IMG/VR virus record: IMGVR_UViG_2831987924_000001
DNA length: 64,000 nucleotides
Strand: one strand, 5' to 3'
Source: a virus
Lineage: Duplodnaviria; Caudoviricetes
In this document: positions 56,455-64,000 of the stretch, one piece after another
Position numbering within the stretch: position 1 is the first letter of the stretch
How the letters are laid out: each line of letters starts with the position of its first letter
Made by a program: the position numbers and the translations under genes
The notes under the pieces: generated by a model
What the model saw: only the letters and a program-made list of their open reading frames with translations
Told to the model about the DNA's origin: nothing
Databases searched by the model: none

Positions 56455-58665
56455 TCACCTACTCTCCATCAACATATCCTTCAAAAACGTATTTCTCTTC
56501 CCACTATGATCTATTCTAATTGCATATCTCAAAGCTCTATGTTCACACAACATAATACATCCCTTACTCGCACGGGTTATTCCAGTATACACAAATTGTC
56601 GGCTTAATAAAGTATAAGAAGAATAATCAAACACAAACAACACAATCGGAATAGTTGAACCTTGACTTCTATGACAAGTAATTGCATAAGCTAGTTCAAT
56701 TTGATCAATCTCATCTCCTTCATAACAAACCACCTCATCTATATCCTCAAATTGAATATACAACTGGTCTTTCCCAACATCTTCAGCTTTACGGACATCT
56801 ACAATGTACCCTATCGTACCATTAAAAATAGAAATATCTCCATTTTCACCAGCTTCATAATTATTACCATTTTGAATAATCTTATCTCCTGCTTTGTAGC
56901 AATAACCATTTCTTGAAATACAAGGTTTCTCATCTGGATTAAATATTTGCTGCAATTCTATATTCAATTTCTTTACACTTAGGTCGCCACGCTCTTTTAC
57001 ACCGCATATCACTTGAAAATCTTGTACTTTATTTTTATATTTTTCACTAATCAATAATACTTTATTTATTATATTTTCTTTATTCCTTTCGGACAACACA
57101 ACAAAATCCTTTAATTCTCCAAATACATGCTTACCAAATTCATCATTACCAAGAATTTGTTTCCCATCTCTAATTATATTAGCACAAGATAAAATCCCTG
57201 ACTTCTGTGCTTGGCGTTGAACAATAGTCAATTCCTGCATTGGAAACACACCAGATTGAATCAGGTCATCAAATACATTACCTGCTCCAATAGGTGATAA
57301 TTGTCCTGAATCGCCAACAATAATTACTTTTGAACCTTCTTTTACGGCAGACAATAATTGATACATGATATAGTTAGAATTCATACCTGCCTCGTCTACA
57401 ACAATGATGGGATATGGCAATTTATTATCTTGATTAAAAGTAAATCCTTTTCCGTTATATCCTAATGCTCTATGTATAGTCATTGCATTTAATCCATGAG
57501 AACTCATGATTTTAGACGCTTTGCCACTTAATGCACAACAAATATGATCGTATTGGTTAAGAATCTTTAATATCGCTTTTAACGTGAACGTTTTCCCTGT
57601 ACCTGCTTTGCCATTCAAAATAAATACATTATTTTCTACAGCTAACCGTATTGCTTGTTTTTGTTCATGGGTATATGTTACATTATTTGCTTTCTCTATA
57701 GCAGCAATTCGTTTATCAACATCTTTTACTTTAATCATGGATTCAGTTTGTAATAAATCAAACAATATTTCTTTGATTCGCTTTTCATAAAAGTAATTTC
57801 TATATAAAGCAACTTTATTGTCGGTTATGTATAGTTCTTTTTGGTCTGTATTTTTTAATTCATCAAGCAGTTTATGTATATGTACCCTATCAATCTCTAA
57901 CAATTTTTCACTTTCATTCAGCATATCCTCTAAAGTAATCCATGAATGACCATTTTGTTCTTCTTGTTCCAATATGTATTTAATTCCAGCGGTAATTCTA
58001 TTCTTATGATGTTTATCATCTCCACGATTTAATGCAAAAGCGTCCACTTTTTTAAATCCAAATCCATGTATATTTGTCAAACAATAAATATTTTCTTTAA
58101 TCTTTTTGGTAGCTAACAATGCACTTCCAAAGTGATCTAATATTTTTTGTGCTTGTTTCGGTGTTAATTTTAATTCATGCAAATCCACTAATATATCTTG
58201 AATTTCTAAGTTGCTTAATAAATCTCTTTTGATTTTTTCAAATCTCACCTTTTTAATTCCTTTAATGCCTTTATAATCGAATGTACCATCTTGAATCATA
58301 TCAATAATTTTGTGGTTTGGATATTTTGCAATAATTGCTTCTGCATATCGTGGGTGCAATATAGTGCGTATGTATAATTGTTGGTCTTCCACAGTTGTTG
58401 GTCTCTTGAATTTGACCATTACAATGTCATATCCATGTCCGTATTTTGGGTGGTTGCTTTCAGTAACAATAACATCATATTCTTTACCAACAAATAATTC
58501 AGGCATTGTGCCACGAATAGTAATATTATTGTATCGGTTTAGTTGAATTTGATCTTTATTGGTTAACGGTTTGACAGCAAATACACCAAAAGATGAATCT
58601 TCGTTATAATAAATTTTTCTATCCACCAATACCTTTAATTCTACTTCTTGTGACAATAACAACAC
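56455..58665 (-). CDS. recD2: RecD2-like SF1B helicase
   Basis: HhH motifs, GKAGTGKT, VDEAGM, GDSGQLSPIG, AYAITCHRSQGS, YTGITRA. Confidence 0.9.
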   Translation of the reverse strand: MLLLSQEVELKVLVDRKIYYNEDSSFGVFAVKPLTNKDQIQLNRYNNITIRGTMPELFVGKEYDVIVTESNHPKYGHGYDIVMVKFKRPTTVEDQQLYIRTILHPRYAEAIIAKYPNHKIIDMIQDGTFDYKGIKGIKKVRFEKIKRDLLSNLEIQDILVDLHELKLTPKQAQKILDHFGSALLATKKIKENIYCLTNIHGFGFKKVDAFALNRGDDKHHKNRITAGIKYILEQEEQNGHSWITLEDMLNESEKLLEIDRVHIHKLLDELKNTDQKELYITDNKVALYRNYFYEKRIKEILFDLLQTESMIKVKDVDKRIAAIEKANNVTYTHEQKQAIRLAVENNVFILNGKAGTGKTFTLKAILKILNQYDHICCALSGKASKIMSSHGLNAMTIHRALGYNGKGFTFNQDNKLPYPIIVVDEAGMNSNYIMYQLLSAVKEGSKVIIVGDSGQLSPIGAGNVFDDLIQSGVFPMQELTIVQRQAQKSGILSCANIIRDGKQILGNDEFGKHVFGELKDFVVLSERNKENIINKVLLISEKYKNKVQDFQVICGVKERGDLSVKKLNIELQQIFNPDEKPCISRNGYCYKAGDKIIQNGNNYEAGENGDISIFNGTIGYIVDVRKAEDVGKDQLYIQFEDIDEVVCYEGDEIDQIELAYAITCHRSQGSTIPIVLFVFDYSSYTLLSRQFVYTGITRASKGCIMLCEHRALRYAIRIDHSGKRNTFLKDMLMESR

Positions 58666-58869
58666 TCTCCCTTATTATAATTTACTTAAAAAATCTATTC
58701 TACAAAATAAAAAAATCAATATAACCAACCTGCTTAATATAAAACCATTACCCAACAGACTTCACTCGATTTTTTCAATATTTATATTGAGAAAAATAAC
58801 AAAAAACCACCTCCTAACTGAATCGTATAGTATTATTATAATTTATTTAAATTAAATGTCAAGAATAAA

Positions 58870-58892
58870 AAGACCACTCGTTTTGAGTGGTC
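58870..58892. terminator. Hairpin terminator
   Basis: AGACCACTC-gtttt-GAGTGGTCT next to an A-tract. Confidence 0.6.
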
Positions 58893-58900
58893 TATATTGA

Positions 58901-59095
58901 TTAAGCTAATACTTTTAACATTCGCATAGCTTCATCGTAGCTGATTTCATTCCAATAGTTGTTAAGGTAAAATGCTTCTGTGTCAAAATCATATCCTAAA
59001 ACATCTCCGTTTGGTAAAATTACAAAATATCTTGTGTCACAATCCCATTCTTGTTCCCAATTTAATAAGATATACGCTTTTAATGTGTTTTCCAT
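58901..59095 (-). CDS. Small hypothetical protein
   Basis: GAGGAG RBS; overlaps the end of the FtsK gene. Confidence 0.55.
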   Translation of the reverse strand: MENTLKAYILLNWEQEWDCDTRYFVILPNGDVLGYDFDTEAFYLNNYWNEISYDEAMRMLKVLA

Positions 59096-61209
59096 TTGCT
59101 TAACTCCTCCTCATTTGCAATAATTTTATAACCCCTGCTCTCTTTTTCTAACCAGCCTTCTTCCACTAATTGTTTCATCAATTCAGCTACTTCTGCCGTC
59201 CGTATTCCCATTTGTTGTTGTAGTTCTTTTACCCTTGTTTCTTTAGTGTCGGCAATTATGCGTTTTAGCCGACAGATTGGTGGTTCTTCAATAACGGTTT
59301 CGTGTGGTACGAATTCGCCTTTTAGGTATCTCTTTAAGTTTTCAAAAAACTCCACCTCTTCATTTTCATCCAATGTAATGACAGGGGCTTGGAATCGAAT
59401 AAATTCTTCTGTTTGACCAATGTATTTCACTACACCGTCACCAAAACCAAGTAATTGATATGGGATACCTGTTCCAAATACAGTTTTATATTCATTAGAA
59501 TTGTCAAGACGGAACGAAATTCTTGAAGGAAGATTAGTTTTTATTACGCCACTCATTACTTCTTTATCAGGTCTTTGTGTACAGATAATAAGGTGAATGC
59601 CTGACGCTCTTGCTTTTTGACCAAGACGTTCAATTAGTTCTTCAACTTCTGGATGTTGCATTTTTAAATCGTTGTATTCATCTATAGCGCACACGATGTA
59701 AGGTAGTTTATTTTTATGTTGTTTATTGTAACCTGCAATATTTTTTACTTTTGCTTTAGACATTAATTCATATCTTGTTTCCATTTCATTTACTAGGAAA
59801 TTTAATGTATTAACTGCTTCAGTCATATCAGTTACAACTTTTTCAACATGAGTAACACCTTCATATTGAGTAAATTCTACTTTTTTTGGATCAATGAGAT
59901 ACATTTTTAATTCTTTTGGTGAACGTAATAAAATGAGTGTAATAAGTAATGCATTAACAAATATAGATTTTCCACTGTTAGTTGCTCCGGCTATCAGTAA
60001 ATGTGGGGCTTTTGTTAAACATTTGAATACAGGTTGATTATACATATCTATTCCACATGTGAACGGTAACGGATTTTCTTCTGCAAATTTAATAAAATCA
60101 TGGTTTTCAAGGATTGTTTTAAGATAAATAATATCACGTTGCTTGCAAGGGATAAGGAATGTAATTGTATTCGGTTCATTCCCTTGAATGATAGATAAAT
60201 CAGTTGCCATTGCTGCTTTGATGTCTTCATATCGTCTTTTGATGTCGGAATACACTAATCCTTTTGGAATCTTAAAGGTGACTCGCTGTACAGTTGCGCC
60301 TAGTTCTGTGTCAATGATTTCAATTTTATGATCTTTGATTACTTTTGCTTTTTGTAATGCTTTTGGAATTTCATAAATCAACTCTTCATCTAATTGTCTC
60401 TCCATTTTTTGACCAATCGGCAATAATTGAATAGCTGATTGATGTGTAGATATAATTTCAATGGTTTCTGTTTCTTGTTTTTGTTCAATTGTTTTACTGA
60501 TTTCATCACATAATAATGCTTTGATTTCATGCTCAGATAAGATTTGTCTGTAAGTGTTGTCAAATATTCGATTGGTAGTAAGTTGATGCAAATTCGGCTC
60601 TTTTTCTATAACAAATTCATTATAATAACTTAGTTTATTGAAGATAGTTTGGATTGTTGATATATCTTCATCAACAAACAGTCGGATGTTGAAAAAGTAA
60701 CAACATGATAATATTTTTTCTTCGGCTTCTAAAATGCGCTCTCTTTGCTCGATTTCTGTGAACCTTTCTAAGAAAGATATGACTTTTTTCTGCCCCTTTC
60801 GTATCCATTTGTTGTAACTAGGTGAATCTAATCCGTTTAGATAATCTTCATATTGATCTAAAATGTTGAACATTTGATTTTGGTTTGCTTTTTTAAATAG
60901 AAATTGTATGAATATAGGTTTACCTTGTAGTTTAGAAAACAATTGTATGGTTTGGTCGTGTAGTAACGGTAAGAATGTAGGGAATGCTAATCGTATAGAA
61001 TAGCTAGTTGAAGGTAAATTTTCAAAAGTACAATTGTTAGCGGCTTCTTGAATACGGATATACGGGGGCGTGATTAAACATAAATCACGCCCATTGTATT
61101 CTACACCCCATACACCAGTTAATTTGGAATTGAATATTTTCATTAACAGTTCTTCATCAATTTTATCTATTTGCCAAGTTTTATAGTTCGTTTTAATATC
61201 GGTTAACAT
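59080..61209 (-). CDS. FtsK/SpoIIIE-family DNA translocase-like ATPase
   Basis: PHLLIAGATNSGKS, IDPKKVE, IDE, ARASGIHLIICTQRP, LLGFGDG; C-terminal wHTH. Confidence 0.9.
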   Translation of the reverse strand: MLTDIKTNYKTWQIDKIDEELLMKIFNSKLTGVWGVEYNGRDLCLITPPYIRIQEAANNCTFENLPSTSYSIRLAFPTFLPLLHDQTIQLFSKLQGKPIFIQFLFKKANQNQMFNILDQYEDYLNGLDSPSYNKWIRKGQKKVISFLERFTEIEQRERILEAEEKILSCCYFFNIRLFVDEDISTIQTIFNKLSYYNEFVIEKEPNLHQLTTNRIFDNTYRQILSEHEIKALLCDEISKTIEQKQETETIEIISTHQSAIQLLPIGQKMERQLDEELIYEIPKALQKAKVIKDHKIEIIDTELGATVQRVTFKIPKGLVYSDIKRRYEDIKAAMATDLSIIQGNEPNTITFLIPCKQRDIIYLKTILENHDFIKFAEENPLPFTCGIDMYNQPVFKCLTKAPHLLIAGATNSGKSIFVNALLITLILLRSPKELKMYLIDPKKVEFTQYEGVTHVEKVVTDMTEAVNTLNFLVNEMETRYELMSKAKVKNIAGYNKQHKNKLPYIVCAIDEYNDLKMQHPEVEELIERLGQKARASGIHLIICTQRPDKEVMSGVIKTNLPSRISFRLDNSNEYKTVFGTGIPYQLLGFGDGVVKYIGQTEEFIRFQAPVITLDENEEVEFFENLKRYLKGEFVPHETVIEEPPICRLKRIIADTKETRVKELQQQMGIRTAEVAELMKQLVEEGWLEKESRGYKIIANEEELSKWKTH

Positions 61210-61315
61210 CTGCTTTCATTCCTTTGATGACGTTATTGCTAAAAATCATCAATACAGTTAGATTTGTAACGATCATTGTTGTATTAAGAATCAAGATTAC
61301 CTCTAATCCAGTCAT
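61193..61315 (-). CDS. 40-aa membrane peptide
   Basis: Manual translation MTGLEVILILNTTMIVTNLTVLMIFSNN...; RBS AAGGAGTG. Confidence 0.5.
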   Translation of the reverse strand: MTGLEVILILNTTMIVTNLTVLMIFSNNVIKGMKADVNRY

Positions 61316-61394
61316 TATTTTTCACTCCTTATTGTTTATTTTTAAGTCTTTCTAAATTTTTCTTAATCAATTATTCAATGTACTCTTTTTCTTC

Positions 61395-62762
61395 TTACTT
61401 TTTCTGTTTGTATTTATCAATGTGTGGTTTAATTTCTTTGTTAAAGAATTCAATTGGAACAAATTTCTTTAAGGTGAAAGTGTTGATTAACTCTTTGCCA
61501 ATTGACCATGAATCTTTACCCGTATCCCCTGCTGCCAATACAAAAGTAGGTGGATTTGCTAATCTCCATAAGCCTCCTGCAATAATCATTAGTTTAACAA
61601 TGAATACAAATGCGCCTTCTGGTGTAAAGTTTCTTGTTCCGAAGATGAGAACTCCCAATAAGCAAATGAAGATGGAGTAGGTAATCTGCATTAATGATAA
61701 TTGTTTCATATGTTTCCACCATTTATGGAATAAATGGCGGTAATCATCAAAAATCCAAGTGGTTAATGCTAATGGTGTTAATGTACCTAAAGTAAGAATG
61801 TCAAAATATCTGCGTCCGTTTTTCAGGAATATCGGGAAAAGTAAGCTAATTAATACAAGATCAAAACCAATGACAGCAATTAAGTCTAATGTTGACCAAT
61901 TAAAAGTGATCGCTTGTTCTTTAGCAATGTAACTTCTTCCAATTGATGAGATGGATTGTGATAATTTGTTTAGTAATTCAAATGCTTTTTCATAAAGAAT
62001 TGGCGCAAATCCTGCTCCTGCCACAGCAACAGGGAATCGTTTTAGAATAGTGGAGAATTTCGTATAGTGAATGCTTTTGTGGTTATACATTTTTTTAAGG
62101 CTTTCGATGATGGTCAAGATGATCACTACAGCTACTGAAAGGATAGAAAATACAAGTGTTGTATTAGAGAACCATGCGTTTTTAAATAACCAAATTGGCG
62201 TAATTAATATGAATTTAGATAGCAATTCGTAAATCCATGACAGTAAATTAACAGACATTTGAGGAATGTGTTCAGGTAAATGATTAAACCATTCGATTCC
62301 CTTATTGATTTGTTGCCATATTGTTTCCCACTGTTCTAATGACTCTTGAATTTTTTGTAGTGTTCCTTCATTTTGTAAATTTTCTTTAGAAAATGGATTG
62401 TTTTTTATGTTTCCTCTTTCATATAGCCATTCGCCAATTGTTTGTGCTTTTGCTTGATGAATAGTAAAGAATAATGAAGATGTAGACACTACTGTAAAAG
62501 GTATAGCGAGTTTTTTGATGAGTTTTAGAATGGACTTATAAACCAACCTGAAGTGCCTAATAATTTGTTTGCTACAAACCAAATCAGAAGAATTAATGGA
62601 GCTGCGATAATGACTTGAAGAAATCCTCGTAGAATTGCATTGTTCCATTCCTTCACAAGTTTTTCTATCTTTGAGTTTGGTATCATTCTTAACATCCCTG
62701 ACATTACCAACATGATTAATGCTTGTGATACTCCGATCCCTACCGATATTGTTAGAACCCAT
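61395..62762 (-). CDS. Polytopic membrane protein (VirB6/TcpH-like topology); true start probably near 62545
   Basis: Multiple TM segments; RYFDIL.L....PLAL..W...HKWW pattern. Confidence 0.55.
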   Translation of the reverse strand: MGSNNIGRDRSITSINHVGNVRDVKNDTKLKDRKTCEGMEQCNSTRISSSHYRSSINSSDLVCSKQIIRHFRLVYKSILKLIKKLAIPFTVVSTSSLFFTIHQAKAQTIGEWLYERGNIKNNPFSKENLQNEGTLQKIQESLEQWETIWQQINKGIEWFNHLPEHIPQMSVNLLSWIYELLSKFILITPIWLFKNAWFSNTTLVFSILSVAVVIILTIIESLKKMYNHKSIHYTKFSTILKRFPVAVAGAGFAPILYEKAFELLNKLSQSISSIGRSYIAKEQAITFNWSTLDLIAVIGFDLVLISLLFPIFLKNGRRYFDILTLGTLTPLALTTWIFDDYRHLFHKWWKHMKQLSLMQITYSIFICLLGVLIFGTRNFTPEGAFVFIVKLMIIAGGLWRLANPPTFVLAAGDTGKDSWSIGKELINTFTLKKFVPIEFFNKEIKPHIDKYKQKK

Positions 62763-63127
62763 TTTACTAAACTGATGATTTCTTTTGGAAACGTTGCTTC
62801 TGCTGGATTGTCTACGATTGTTGTTGGAATTGTATTTACAACCTCTGTCGTTGTTGCTGAAGCTATTGTTGGCAGTATGAGTGCCAAAAACGATGTTGCA
62901 GTTACTATGAACTGTTTTGCCGTCTTTTTTATCTTCTTCTTTTCGGATGGTCTTAAACTCATCACCTCCTTGATTAGATTTGGATGTATAAAATTTTCTT
63001 TATTATATTCTGTTTGAAAAGGAATATATTTAACCCCTTGCTGCAAGTTTTTCGCGGAGATCGTCAAGATTGGAGTCATTATAAGCACGCTCCTTTCTTG
63101 TTTTGTTATTTCTTTTAATTTGATCAA
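62525..63127 (-). CDS. Membrane protein with pilin-like two-helix C-terminus (start probably 63080)
   Basis: Signal-like segment then two hydrophobic helices. Confidence 0.45.
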   Translation of the reverse strand: MIKLKEITKQERSVLIMTPILTISAKNLQQGVKYIPFQTEYNKENFIHPNLIKEVMSLRPSEKKKIKKTAKQFIVTATSFLALILPTIASATTTEVVNTIPTTIVDNPAEATFPKEIISLVKWVLTISVGIGVSQALIMLVMSGMLRMIPNSKIEKLVKEWNNAILRGFLQVIIAAPLILLIWFVANKLLGTSGWFISPF

Positions 63128-63435
63128 TGTGAACAGAATGGATGTAGTTTAATCCTGCATTAAGACCTAGCACTAATCCAGACAATAAACCAAGTTTAAG
63201 AATGAACTTAGTAGTAACAACAAAAACACCTGTTTCCATTTTATTTTCCTCCTACTCGGTAATATTTAAATTTACCTTGTTTTTTGATTAGTGTTAATTG
63301 AACTGTATTTTTTAATGTCTGTTTCGCAATTTTATAGCTAATATAAACTGTTGATGTCACTACACACATTGTTTGAATGCCAATTAATGTCGTTAACATG
63401 ATGTTCACACTCCTTTTGTTGTTGTTAGTATACAT
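63030..63435 (-). CDS. Two small single-TM proteins
   Basis: 63030-63239 and 63241-63435, each with a hydrophobic N-terminus. Confidence 0.5.
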
Positions 63436-63515
63436 TATGCTTTAAATTACATATTTTGCCTGTCCGTTCAAAATTTTTTTATTTTTATTGAACCGATTCA
63501 AATAAATAAAAGTGC

Positions 63516-63947
63516 CTATTCTGGCACTTTGTAAAACATTTCTTCGATTGGTGGAAAATCAAGTGCAGCCCATATTTTAAGAAAAACTTCTAATGTTGGT
63601 TGAGTGCGATTGTTGACAATAAGATTGATGGTGGATTTATCTAATCCCGTTAGTTCAGCAAGGTCTAATTGTTTTATGTTTTTCTCTTTCAGAATTTTTT
63701 TGATGTTGTTTTTTAATTTGTACTCCCCAGTAATATCAAATCCATGAACAATTTTTTCATTGTATGTCTCAATTTTTCTAATGATTTCTATACAGCAGCC
63801 AGCTATAAAATCTTCAACAGTTGTATATGGTTTATCTTTATTAAATAAGCGATTTTTCTTGTTTTCGTATTCCACGATGTTTTCAATAAATTGTAATGTT
63901 GATTCCCTTAATCTTACTGGTACTTCAATCAGTTTTTCTTTTGTCAT
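63516..63947 (-). CDS. XRE-family HTH regulator with N-terminal extension
   Basis: IKQLDLAELTGLDKSTINLIVNNRTQPTL. Confidence 0.85.
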   Translation of the reverse strand: MTKEKLIEVPVRLRESTLQFIENIVEYENKKNRLFNKDKPYTTVEDFIAGCCIEIIRKIETYNEKIVHGFDITGEYKLKNNIKKILKEKNIKQLDLAELTGLDKSTINLIVNNRTQPTLEVFLKIWAALDFPPIEEMFYKVPE

Positions 63948-64000
63948 GTATAACCCACCTCATTATTGGAGAATATATAAACAGCAACATAACACAAAAG

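Larger units (their letters stand above)
1..64000. mobile_element. SPbeta-like phage/prophage segment (replication, lysogeny-control and early regions)
   Basis: Primase-helicase-AAA-SSB-ligase order, YopR/Q/P-like module, dense co-oriented small ORFs, Firmicutes RBSs and sigmaA promoters; no host housekeeping genes. Confidence 0.88.

Noticed and set aside
56081-56607. Overlapping plus-strand ORFs of 72-110 aa
   Set aside because: Open frames arise from C-rich skew; low-complexity translations
252-63017. Plus-strand ORFs in the six-frame track other than 19832-20047
   Set aside because: Antisense shadows of minus-strand genes; no RBS and unnatural composition
1-64000. tRNA or rRNA genes
   Set aside because: No cloverleaf or rRNA-like sequence recognised

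Overview
A 64-kb AT-rich segment of a large SPbeta-like temperate phage or prophage of a Bacillaceae host, with almost all genes on the minus strand. Left end: replication module (PD-(D/E)XK nuclease, primase, DnaB-like helicase, AAA ATPase, SSB-like protein) and an ATP-dependent ligase. Between the SSB-like gene and the ligase lies a compact type V-F CRISPR-Cas system: cas12f (463 aa, intact RuvC), a coupled 64-aa ORF, a 4-repeat/3-spacer array, a leader and an AsCas12f1-like tracrRNA. It has no cas1/cas2 and is bracketed by a 36-bp promoter direct repeat. Two spacers translate into recombinase-like motifs. Middle: many small accessory genes, often joined at a TAAAA-N6-TTTTA palindrome, a YopR/YopQ/YopP-like lysogeny module with no recognisable aimR/aimP, a solo tnpB, four DNA methyltransferases (two with nonsense codons) and other pseudogenes. 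Right: an early-type region with many sigmaA promoters, a large polyvalent protein, a type II hammerhead ribozyme and another structured RNA candidate, then a candidate genome terminus, a RecD2-like helicase and an FtsK plus membrane-protein operon. All homology calls come from motif recognition by eye; no database searches were run.
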